Origin: Marsupella aquatica
Taxonomy: Eukaryota > Plantae > Marchantiophyta
Assembly: GCA_973895155.1 (NCBI GenBank)
Contig: OZ316897.1
Coordinates: forward strand, 17,704,457-17,768,456
Direction: 5' to 3'
DNA length: 64,000 bases
Shown here: positions 51,557 to 62,790 of the stretch, piece by piece
Position numbering within the stretch: position 1 is the stretch's first letter
Layout: every line of letters begins with the position of its first letter
Made by a program: the position numbers and the translations under genes
Notes under the pieces: generated by a model
What the model saw: the letters and a program-made list of their open reading frames with translations, nothing else
Database searches by the model: none
Told to the model about the DNA's origin: nothing

Positions 51557-52033
51557 ATAATCAGGCTAGTGTATATACTGATTTGGTCTGGTCACAGGTT
51601 GGTAAATATAAGCTAGTGTATATACTGATTTGGTCTGGTAATAGGTTGGTAAATATAAGCTAGTGTATATACTGATTTGGTCTGGTCACAGGTCGGTAAA
51701 TATAGGCTCTGACTTTGAATGCGATTTCTAGAATGGGAACGATAAACAAATTGGGGGGCAGAGTGCGGCCAAGGAAGTCCTGTCCACAACAAGGATCTCC
51801 CAATTTGTGACCAGACCAAATCAATATATACACTAGCCTATATTTACCAACCTGTGACCCAACCAAATCAGTATATACATATATTCACCAGTCTGTGACC
51901 AGACCAAATTAGTATATACACTAGCCTATGTTTACCAACCTGTGACCAGACCAAATCAGTATATACACTAGCCTATATTAATCTTGCCAACACGTGACCA
52001 GACCAAATCAATATATACACTAGGCTGAATTAT
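51557..52033. mobile_element. Foldback/MITE-like element made of 47-bp units in inverted arrays
   Basis: Three forward units GCTAGTGTATATACTGATTTGGTCTGGTCACAGGTTGGTAAATATA (51563-51705), a ~100 bp spacer and ~4.5 reverse-complement units (51806-52028). Ends ATAATCAG / CTGAATTAT. Confidence 0.8.
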
Positions 52034-53355
52034 ACACGGACTTTAACTGGGTGCGTTGCATGAGTGCATCCAATTAGTTATTTTGTTTTGGTCCATCCAC
52101 ATAGAAGAATCCATGAGTGCATCCAATTTTTAAATTTTTTTTGACATGTTTTCATGACTAATCCTGCCCATCCACATAGAAAAATCCAACAACTGGCCAA
52201 GGAGGAAAACATTCCATGGAGAATTACAAGAACAACATCACAAACATCATTTGTGGTCCTTTTCATATTTATTGAATGGAGAACAGATTAGTGTAAATTC
52301 CTACTTCTGTTTGATGTCTTTTTTATGATGTGCAAACAATAATAAGTAGTCATATATATATATATATGTATAATCCAAAATATTTGTCAATTTGACATAT
52401 ATATTTATAAATACTAACAATTTGTATATCAAATCAATACACAACCCACTTTTGTGATGAAGAGAAAGACCGTCCATAAAAGAAATGGATTGATAGGGAT
52501 CAATCCCAACCATCTCTAAGGAGAATCGAATGTGAGTAAAACCCAAAACTATCCTGAATCCAAATATACAGCCAATGCCTTCACTATATCTGTAATGACA
52601 TTCATGCACGAACTGTCCAGGGTCTGTCTTCTCACTTTCTTCCTTGGCCGGCCACCAATGACCAGAAGGCAGTAGATCACAAAAGATTGAACAGATGTTC
52701 TCTTTCAAGACCTCTCTCTCTCTCTGAATAAGTTTACCTTATTCTGGACGACCCTACTCTAAAGATTAAGGGGTGAGTTTTGGGATTTTTTCACTATGAT
52801 TATTGTATGGGCCTCAAAGCAGTGTAATTTTAAGAATTTTTTCCACTAGTTTGACTTTGCTCTACCGCCCCCTCCTGACCCACTCCCTGCCCCATGGTTG
52901 AGGATGCATCAGGGTGTTGAGGTGAACCTTACAACTATAACAATATTGATTGCTGATCATTCTATACCTGTCAAAGTTACTTTTATCTAACCACCCTGGA
53001 CGAAAATGTGAAAATGGACTAATTTTACTAATATAGTGCAATGTAAAGCTTCCTGGACTGTGATAATGTACAAATTTTACTAATATGGTGAGATGTAAAG
53101 CTATTTTCCTGGGCTACCATATAGAGTGATGCCTCTAGACTCTCAATAAGGACATAACTGAAAGTGAGGGTGAACAAAACAGAAGGAGTGGACAAAGATG
53201 AAATGAAAATAGAATAGAATTAGTTTTTTTGCAAGAGTGGTTTTGGGTTAGGACTGGTTGACCTGAAGATTCAACTGAAACCTGTAGTTGTGGGTCATCT
53301 GACCTTTGACAGGTCACATTTTGGACACAACAAGAATGAAGAGTACAGGAACTTA

Positions 53356-53477
53356 TTCCAATGTTTGGGTCCAGTCCCTTTGTTTGTCCACAAGGACATA
53401 TTCCAGTGTTTGGGTCCAGTCCCTTTGTTTGTCCACAGGGCTTCCAGTGTTTGGGTCCAGTCCCTTTGTTTGTCCAC
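53356..53477. repeat. 41-45 bp tandem repeat x3
   Basis: TTCCAGTGTTTGGGTCCAGTCCCTTTGTTTGTCCAC at 53356, 53401 and 53442. Confidence 0.9.
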
Positions 53478-53551
53478 CGGGGCTTTGTGGACAACTACCC
53501 AGTCCATGGGGGTTTTAAGTTCGTGGGTTTGCCTTAGGCTCTACTTACTAA

Positions 53552-53888
53552 TCAGGCTTTATTTAACAAAGTGTGTGGAAATGTACTAATTAAACTAAAA
53601 ATTATCACAGCACAAAGTATATAATTGGTGAGAAGGAGCAAATCCCGTCATTTTTGGTCAGCTATGAGTAATTTCCGTTTGTGTCCTTTTTCTAGGGTTT
53701 AACGTTAGGGCACTGGTCAGGCTTTATTTTACAAACTGTGTGAAAATGTACTTATTAAACTAAAAAGAATCACATCACATCACAAAGTATATAATTGTTA
53801 AAAACGAGCAAATCCCGTCATTTTTGGTCAGCTATGGGTAATTTACCTTCGTGTCCTTTTTCTAGGGTTTAACGTTAGGGCACTGGTC
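53552..53888. repeat. ~165-170 bp duplication, each copy with a telo-box (TAGGGTTT at 53693 and 53863)
   Basis: TCAGGCTTTATTT...GAGCAAATCCCGTCATTTTTGGTCAGCTATG...CTAGGGTTTAACGTTAGGGCACTGGTC x2. Confidence 0.9.
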
Positions 53889-53924
53889 TTGCATTGTGAC
53901 TACTGCTTCGAAAGCTTAATTATC

Positions 53925-54326
53925 TTCTCTCTTGCTTCTCGTGAAGCTTTTCCATTCATTTTCTGTGCTCCGATAGCTTTCGTCATAGCCACGTTTTAGG
54001 AATGTCAGTAGAATCCTTTGGCTGATCGCGTCAAGTCGTCCTCAAGTAATTCGTGCCTCTTTGCTTTCTTCGACTTCTCTCTTCTCGTGAAGTTTCTCCG
54101 TTCGTTTTCTGTCCTCCGGTAGCTTACCTCATTACCACTTTTGATGTATGTCGTTGGCTTATCGCCTCAAGTCGTTCCTCAAGTAATTCGTGCCCCTTTG
54201 CTTTCTTCAACTTCTCTCTTCTCGTGAAGTTTCTCCATTCGTTTTCTGTTCTCCAGTAGCTTACCTCATTGCCACTTTTGAGGTATGTCGTTGGCTGATC
54301 GCTTCAAGTCGTTCCTCAAGTAATTC
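53925..54326. repeat. 137 bp pyrimidine-rich tandem repeat, ~3 copies
   Basis: CTCAAGTAATTC recurs at 54041, 54178 and 54315. Confidence 0.9.
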
Positions 54327-54515
54327 TTTTGAATTATCGTGCGGATTCGTCCTTCAATTCGTCTGGTTTCCCTCTTCTCTTCAAGGTTCTCGTTCTGTAT
54401 CGTTGTGCACTCAAAGGGCTGACATATCGGAGGATCGTTTCTCGGTGCTTCCCTCACTTCAGATTTCGTGGTTGTTGATTACATTCTGATTTGTGGATTT
54501 GGGAGTCGGCAAGAT

Positions 54516-55075
54516 ATGATGGGGGATCCCGCTGCCATTCGGGAGGCCCAAATAAACATTGTTCGCAGGAGGCGGGTGAAAGAACGGGAGAAAGGGTCAA
54601 ATGGAGTCACGTCTAGCAAGTGAGTTTTCAACACCCAGCTCAACCCTAAGCCCTTCCATATCATCCATCAGGTCGTCACCCTCTTGTGAAAGAATCTTTG
54701 ACGGATGGAACATCCCCTATCGATACATCAGTGTCACTGGATAAGTTCCTTAGCCACTACACGAGTGAAGACAACGCAAGTTTTTCAATTGCACTCGAGA
54801 GGACGAACAAGCAGAACGAGAAGGAGGTCGTTTCCTCCAACTTGAGAATCGGCAACGAGGTGGCCCGTTCGACAGACGGATTTGTTACTTTGGGTCAACC
54901 TGAAGCTCCTTTGGAAACTTGGCCATACAAGGCCAAGAATTTGCTCATGTATAGTTCTGCGGATAGGGATGCTGCCCCGTTGACACAGCAAGAGAAGGAA
55001 GAGAAAGTGGAGGGACTGCCGAAGGAAATTGTCAAGATCAACACCCGCTTCCATGGAAAGATGTATGATGGTAAG
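54516..55075 (+). other. ESS2: Partial ESS2/DGCR14 (Es2 splicing factor)-derived coding segment; candidate first coding exon(s) of the SPT2 gene
   Basis: GDPAAIREAQINIVRRR, DTSVSLDKFLSHYTSEDNASF, TDGF...GQP...LETWPYKAKNLLMY and PLT...LPKEIVKINTRFHGK match the central part of plant ESS2. N- and C-terminal ESS2 parts are absent and the frame is broken at ~54615-54685. Confidence 0.8.
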
Positions 55076-55406
55076 GTTCGAGTGCCCTCAAAATGTGGCA
55101 GTACGATGCTCCCACTCCCATTAAGCAGGCTCCTACGAGTTGTTGGAGAGCACGTCATCTTTTTATGCAGTGGAGTTGTGAAGCTATGGGGCAAGGAACC
55201 CTGTCTGTCGATCTCTTTGTTCCTATGACTATTTTTGATTGAAGTTAGGAAATTTCATGTGCTCCTCGTGCGATGACGATTGCAACATATATCTTGTGCT
55301 GTGTTGTTTGTCTGAAAGTTTGCCACATAGCAGATTTAAGTGACCGGGAACACTGTGGTTTGGCACACCCCTTTCGGAGTCTGTATCCTGAATCGTTACC
55401 TTACAG

Positions 55407-58400
55407 CTGGGCCCTGACCTCATACACTTCCTGAAACAGGAGTACCTTCGCAGGAACCGAGACTATTCCCGTTTATTAGACAGTGACAATGCCGAAGTAC
55501 AAACGCCCCGGAGGCGAAACAGGGGAAGGAGTAAAGATAGAAAATTTGATTCAGACGCTGATGATGTTAGTCCAGAGCGGCAGGATTATTTGAACCGCCG
55601 ACGAAGGCTTAAGGAGCTTGAACGCCAGAAGTTGACGAAAGGGAAGAATGGCATACACGCTAATGGTCGCGGAGATGAGGTTCCGAAAGCAGGCGAGCAG
55701 AACAAGGAACACGGGAGTAGCAGGAGCGGAGGGGGTTTGGCTCTCTCGAAAGAAAAGAAGAAATTGCCTAATGATCGTAGGTGAGATCTCTTGCCCTTTT
55801 TCCTAGTTCTCTTTTTTGTGCTCCGTTGTAGTTACTTGGTGATGATTGGACTTGCTGTTGCATAGACTATAGGAAAGGCCACCCTGGGGGTTGTCCTATA
55901 TGTCTTACTGCAAGGTTGTGGTCTCTATCATCACCCTCTATAATCTAATGTAGTGTCTCTCCTGACCCACGGGGAGAGTAGGGTAGATGGAAATGGTACA
56001 CATCTCAGCGCAAGACGAATCGTAAGGTTTGCAATTGTAGCTTCAGAGTTCTTCTAGCTGAAATCCTCTCAATATTGAACCTGCATTATAACCCTTCCAG
56101 GTAGACAACCTTATTCATACACTGAATCGAATCGAATTGCGTACCTCAAGCGCACTAATATGAAAAAAAAGATGGACAGAAGTTTTTGGATTGTTTTGCA
56201 AGTCTTGAATCTTGTTGTCACCGCTCTCAAATTGTTCAAAATTCAAAGTGGGTAATGTAACATCCATGGCCGGGGTGCAGGGAGTCTCCACAAGTTCTTT
56301 TCCTCTCGGGAATCTGACTTTAATTCTGCAAAGCTCAGACACTGTCTCTAACTGCCTTCATCGATGTTTCTCTGTCATTGACGTTATACGTCGCTCTCCT
56401 GCTATTGTATAGCGTCTGTCTCTCTATCACTGTCTGAGCTCCTGGCGATGTGTACAGCTTTGGGTCATTTTTTGGCCCATCTGAACCAGTTGTCGCGAAA
56501 CGGATTATTGAAGAAGCTCGTGCACGGGAAGAGGCGGAAATTGTGGCAGCTAGAGACACTAAGGCAAGAGTGGAGGTGAATTAGCCATCTGGTTTACAGT
56601 CTGCTTCGTCAGTAGCATATTGATTTTTTGGTGTCGCAAGTGCTTGCATCGAGAATTGCTAATAATGCAAGATGTGTTGAGCTTATCGGAGGGCATTTGA
56701 AATGATTGATTCAAAGCAAACAAATCATCAATTGAGTAATTCGTCTCACTAACTTTGCATTTGAAACGTGACTAAAATTGGTATTGGTTAATGTTCCCCA
56801 AAAACATGTATGATGAAGTATGCCTTGTCCAATGTGCAGGCTGAGCACAGGAAGAAAGTCGCTAGTTTGTCAGCTGGAAAGGTTTCTCGTGACCGCAAGC
56901 CTCTTCTTAAGCCTCCCAAGCCTGTGGGCAAAGTGAGGAACCTAATGATTCTCATTGAATGGGTCCAGAATCTTTGTCGGATAGAGTTGCTTGTTAATTA
57001 CAGTTTGCACTATCTGACATGCAATATTAATTGAAGGATGTTCTGGAAAATAAATTCCTGACATTTATTGCCTGGTTCTTGAAGTTTGACCAGTAGACTT
57101 CTCTCGATCTGATAACCCTCATACAGGCGTAAGTACTCAACCTAAATATGGATATATAAATGCTCAAAGTTTGAGAGTAAATAGTTGAACAAGCGAAATT
57201 GACGACCAGTTTGCAGATTTGATCTGAGTCTTATCTTTGCAGCTCACTCTGATGTTGTGCTCTGTGTCAGTCCACCGAGAAAGCGCGGAAATTGAAAGAA
57301 GCACGAGACTACTCATTTTTATTTGATGATTCACCATTGCCTGACCCTAAGATCGCAGACAGAGAAGCCCCGTCATCTTCAAAGCTTGGTGAGATGATTA
57401 CCTGGATTTTGAGCTTTGCTGGGATATATCATCAAAATTGTTGCAACGGTAACAAATTTGCAGACTTTATTGTGCTCTTCTCTTACCGTTCATGTGGGGT
57501 GTTCAGGGGTAAGAAGGCACGATACAACGTCTGTCTTGGTTAACAATCATTCCCCTCGAAAGCTTACTTCAGAACGGCCCAAGGGCACTCCCCAATCAAG
57601 ACGCTCCGGTGGATCTGCTACATCTTCAAGACCACTTCAAAGCCAATCTAAATCCTCACAACTGTCGAGGTCATTGCCAAGGCAGGGCCATTCTGACTCT
57701 CCTTCAAATATATCTGCAATGAAAAATAATTCCATTGTAGGTACGTCGGCCAAGCCATTAACAAGTAAGGTCTCTTCTGCTGGACCAGGCCGGCCAGAGC
57801 CCAAAGGGGAGACAAAATTGAGAAAGTCAGAAATGACGAAAAGACTGGTTGCTGCCTCCAGGGCATCTGATGTAAATAAAAGTAATTCAGCTTTCCGACG
57901 TCCGCAACCTTCTCAAGCACTCGACAGGCGGAATTCTCAAATTTTGGAAAGAGACCGCAACCAGGTGAGGGATAGGCCTCGCGCCCAGCAACCAGACAGG
58001 CCTGGCGCTCAGCAACCAGATAGACGGCCTACCCGGCAACCCGATCGGCTACCTTCTCGGCCTGCAGAGAGGCAACCCGCTCATGCTACAAATCGGCACC
58101 AGACCCAGTCTACAGGAATGAAGCTCGCCCAAATTAAAGAAAGGGAGCAAGTTCGGACGAACTCCTCTGAGAAAGCTGCAGTCATGTCTCAGGGTTTGAA
58201 GAAGGGAGCTCCAACAAGTGCTACCTATAGAACAGCAGCTGTTCGTGGAGAAACTAAGCCCAAAGTATCAACTTCTCAGGTGAGGAAACTAGACTAATGA
58301 GTTATGTCATGTTGGGACAGAGGTCTCCTGCACTTTACTTCGAAATATTTGCCCACTCGAGTTTAATTCCTCACTGCAAAATGATGGTAGACACGAGTTT

Positions 58401-60001
58401 TCTTTGCTGGCAAGGTTGCGGAATCTAATCTTTTTGGATCAGAAATTGGAAAGGAAGCCCCAACCAAAAGGCGCTTCACGAGCAGCGCTTTCCGACTACA
58501 ATAGAGCAAGGTACCCAGACGATCGATGGCAAGGCGAGGCGAGGCATAAGAGAGCTCGAAGCTCTAGTGAGGAATCGGATGAGCGGCCTACTCGCAGGAA
58601 CAAGCGTCCAGTTGTAGCTGTTAACTCAGTTCGTATAACTGCACGAGGTCGAAGTCCAAGTGAGGATGATGATGACTCTTTCATTGATGATGATGATGAT
58701 CCTACCAATGTCTCAAGTATGATCCACAGTATTATGGGGTATGACTCTTCTTCGTTGTCCTTTGGTTTTAACATCGGAATCTGTTCAGGATGGTATAATG
58801 TCAAGCTCCTGTCATTTTAATGGTTTTACTCAAACCTTCTTTCTTACTGAGAACCTACTGAGCAAGAAGTCTTAGAGGTATGTCTATGGTACCAGACTGT
58901 CAACTTTTGCTGAGTGCCTTGGCAGATACAATCCAAACAAATATCGGGGAAGCGACGACTTCGATGATCGGTCAATGGAAGTTGGATTCCGCACCATCCA
59001 AGCAGAAGAACGTAGAAGGTACATCATTTGGTGTCTGTTCTGCAGAAATATGAGAGTCAATTTTTTTATCTAATTCGTGTCATGATGTGTGTTCGCACTT
59101 AGAGAAATGAGGTACGTGAGTTGACAGAGTTTAGCAGATGTTCCATATGTTTGTGTGTTAGAGAAGATGTAATATCGTGCCTTACACACAGAAGAATCAC
59201 AGCAGCCGAGGGTCTTTGGATTCGTACACAAGCAGGGAACTGGAGAGAAATACCTTACTGTTCAACCAAGTTGCCGCATAAGTGAGGTGGCAAAGTCTGG
59301 GGCAAAATTTAGTCATCCGGGTCGGTTAACGCTAGGAGGAAGGGCTATTTGGCTTTATAACCTGACGGGATGCGGGAAGAGAGATAATATACGTGAATGT
59401 CATTTCCTAACCAGCCCATGAGAGTATTCCCGATTAGGGTTTCAGACACGTAAGACCCGTCTTGTTGGGAGGCCTTTTTATGGTTACAGTATTCCTCTCC
59501 GGATGAACTGTATTGGAGGACCAAGCAAGTGCAAGCGTTTTCGTACACTTGTCTCTTTCTTTTGTGACAGACATTCCCATGCAATTTGAACTGGAATGAT
59601 GTGAACTGGAATGATTTACATTGTGATTCGACGGCTGGTGTCATTCTCTAGTGGATTGGCACTATGTGGGAACTGATTATGGACCATTTCCGTATTCTTA
59701 ACGTATAGCTGCCCTGCATCTTACAGAAAAGATGGCTTGCTTTTCGCCTCGTGGTCCTCATGTTGACGAAATACACCATTACCTCTAAAATTCTTTCCAA
59801 GAAGAAGAGACTTTGTTAGTTGGAGGGAGAGAATTTTAATCTGTTTGAAACGAAAGTGTTGTGTTTCCATAATCTGATGTAAATATTTGACTTTGCAGTG
59901 CCCGAGAAGCGAGGCTGGAAGATGAGAGGGAGTTGGCAATGATCGAGGCAGAGGAAAGAGAAGAACGACTTCGAAAAGCTAAGAAGAAGCGCAAAACATA
60001 G
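55407..60001 (+). CDS. SPT2: SPT2 chromatin protein (histone chaperone); exons 55407-55780, 56458-56575, 56840-56932, 57271-57388, 57507-58279, 58443-58738, 58926-59018, 59899-60001; start codon lies upstream
   Basis: QDYLNRRRRLKE, SFGSFFGPSEPVVAKRIIEE, KLKEARDYSFLFDD and the SPT2 domain VSSMIHSIMGYNPNKY...DDRSMEVGFRTIQAEERRSAREARLEDE. All GT-AG introns have matching phases. Confidence 0.9.
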
Positions 60002-61574
60002 TGATAATTAGAACTCAATTTCAAAATTTGGGTTTAATTGATGGATAGGGTGTATAAAAGAAGGTTAGGTAAAGTCTGCGCTGCTTCTCAACCTCAGAAT
60101 CCTTGGAGAGTCATGTCTGTATCTGAAGATCTTTGTTCGCATCTCAAGTTGTGCAACAGTTGCCCAACTGATACCAAGGAAGAAAGTAGAAGCAAGGTTG
60201 ATGTGTCAGTTATGAATATAGAATCAATTGTTTGATGGGGAAATCAGCCATTGATCACTTTGGTGAGTGGTGATTTATTTTTTGTGCAATTTTTGGACGA
60301 AGTGCACGCGTGCAATTTAATTTTTCAGTCAAGCTTCTTTTCTTTGGCTTGAGAAGAATGGGAAATCCATGTAGGATCCCATGTAGATTTGAAACCAGAC
60401 TTCTGTTAGAATGACTACCACTACGATATTCGGTTAGTGTACTATCATATACCAGAATTTGAAGATTTCATGGACCACCTTGCATCATAGTTGATTAAGG
60501 CATATTTGATCCACCTCTGTCACAGGTCACATCTGGGTCACCAGTGACGACTTTTATAGTAGCAAGCACTCCTCTAGGAAATATCATGCTTGTTTCGAGT
60601 TTGACAGCAACTCCAACTCCTATGTGTGCTCTGGAGCCAGAAAGGTGTCACATTAGCACTTCACACAATGAAATGTGTGCTAGCCAGCTCAAAGGCAGAA
60701 CTAGCCTTGAAACAATAAAGAAAGAGCCTGAGATGTCCACATTTGTTGACAATCAGTAAAATCTTGGTACGAAGATCTTTAGACGCTGAAAGCAGGATTG
60801 CACGAAAGTACCAAGTTATCTTCATTACTCGACGGATTTCTTTTTGTTTGCCTATGTGTTTCCATTTGTTCTGCATCTCGCCCAAACATGAAGAGGAAGT
60901 CTATATGGAAGGAATTAGATCACAATGTTGTCCGTATATAGAGTGGACTGTACTGCGCATCAGACCAGATATCACTGTGCTGCGTGTCATTGATATCTCG
61001 GTACGAAGGTCTTGTAAGTAGATGAGGTCGTTCTCTTATACTTGAAAACTTCTGGTGCTGCTGACGAGTAGGCACTGGCACTAGAGGGAGAAATTGAAGC
61101 TCCTATACATCCTGAAAATAGAGAAGATGCTCAGATGGATTGTCAAGCCTCAAAAGGACTGTACTTTGACACGATGCTTGTTACTAATTTTACTTTTGCC
61201 TAATTTCACATAGACCAATCTTTGACAAGATTTCCTGTTGGATTTCCAAACTCGAATGGACTGCTCCGAAATTTCACCTTTCCAGCATTTCTGGACGCTT
61301 ACTTGCGTAAATGCTCACCTTTCTGGGTGTCAAAAAGTACTTGGTTATTAGGTCAAAGCTTCCTTTACTTTCATTATTATAAGATCCCACTGCAAGGACT
61401 AATAAGAATGTTTTACAAAGAAAGAGCTAACTTGACAGTCATAACCCAGCCATGTCTAGATGAATTAGAAACGGTGGGCGAGTTCGTGTTTAGGGTACGA
61501 TGAGCATTAAATAGAGCTGTTCCTGTGTGTCATCCAAAACTAACTTATATATCACGTGGTACTCTTCCCTTTAT

Positions 61575-61878
61575 TTCTACAATGGATTTAAAACCAGTTA
61601 GATAAAGCCTCCCCAAGATAATGTTCAAGCTGAGCTTTTCTACAAATGGATCTTAACTCTTTAAGCTAGATAAAGGTCCCAAAGATACTGATCAAAGCTG
61701 ATCTTAATCATTCAAGGTAGATAAAACCTTCCCAAGATATTCATCAAACTGAATACTCTTTTCTACAATGAATCTTAACCCTTCGAGCTAGATGAAGAGT
61801 CTACAAGATAATGATCAAAAGTTGATCGTAGCCATTCAAAACAGATAAAATGTCCCCACAATATTCATCAAACTGAAT
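61575..61878. repeat. Degenerate repeat with alternating ~70/~52 bp units (~120 bp higher-order)
   Basis: GATAAA..C.CCCAAGATA.T.ATCAAA.CTGA at ~61601, 61669, 61720, 61791 and 61844. Confidence 0.7.
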
Positions 61879-62306
61879 GCTGACAGAATCACATTTGAGC
61901 AAATGTGCTTTTGTTCTGACAGAATCACGTTTGCGGAAATGTACTGACAGAACCATGTTTAAACAATTTAGCTTTTACGACCATAGTAAGCAATTTAGCG
62001 TTTCCGATCATAATAAGCAGTTTGCTGACAGACCCGTGTTTGAGCAATTTAGCTTTCGAGATCATAATGAGCAATTTGGGCAATTGCAAGCACAACCATG
62101 TTTAAGCTATTTCGCATTTACGATCATACTAAGCAATTTGCTCACAGAACCGTGTTTGAGGAACATAGCTTTTGAGATCATAATGAGCAATGTGGCGTAT
62201 GTGCTGACAGAACCATGTTTCAACAATTTAGCTTTTACAACCATCGTAACCAATCTAGCCTTTACTATCATAATAAGCAATTTACTGACAGATTGTGTTT
62301 TGAGCA
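61877..62306. repeat. Degenerate ~54 bp minisatellite
   Basis: TGCTGACAGAACC.TGTTT.AGCAATTTAGCTTT..CGATCATAAT.AGCAATT repeated about 7 times. Confidence 0.8.
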
Positions 62307-62310
62307 TCTG

Positions 62311-62790
62311 GTGCGCCGGGTTCTGAACCGCACTTTGAGTGGCTTTTCAGAGACTCAAGCCACGGTTCCGCCCTGGGAAAAGCTGTCATGAAGCCTTGCA
62401 AACCCTACCTGACTTGTGGACGGCACCGACTTGGCTTGTACAAATTGATATTAAGAATTTGGTCCTTTAGATTGAAGAAATATTGCATTACTAAATAATC
62501 CAAGGAAGCACGCCCGGTAAAACCAAAGAAGTCGTCTCCGGACCCAAAAATATCTCTTTTTTTCAGCACGCCCCGCTACCGGCATGTAAGGTGCGAAGCG
62601 AGAGAACGCGTCGTAGCCCATATGTACAGATTCATTAATTTTGGGACCCAAAAATATCTCGTCTTTTTGTCGCACGCACGGCTACCGGGATGTAAGGCGC
62701 GAAGCGAGAGAACGTGTCTTTAGACCATATGCAGTGATTCATTAATTTCGGGAGACATGGTCCACGCCCGGGCAATGGACTTTATCAGAG
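62311..62790 (+). pseudogene. Group II intron reverse transcriptase/maturase fragment plus organelle-like repeat; probable NUMT
   Basis: 62325-62458 translates, with one inserted T, as EPHFEWLFRDSSHGFRPGKSCHEALQTLPDLWTAPTWLVQIDIKN (group II RT domains 2a-3). A 104-bp duplicated GC-rich unit follows (GGACCCAAAAATATCTC at 62540 and 62644). Confidence 0.75.

Noticed and set aside
51563-52028. Regularly spaced repeats resembling a CRISPR array (also 53356-53477 and 61877-62306)
   Set aside because: Units are contiguous without unique spacers, there are no cas genes and the context is eukaryotic.
55065-55090. tRNA T-loop-like GGTTCGAGTGCCC
   Set aside because: No cloverleaf or upstream A-box; it overlaps the ESS2-derived frame and candidate splice donor.
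61877-62326. 149-aa repetitive ORF
   Set aside because: It is a translation of the minisatellite with no independent sign of coding.
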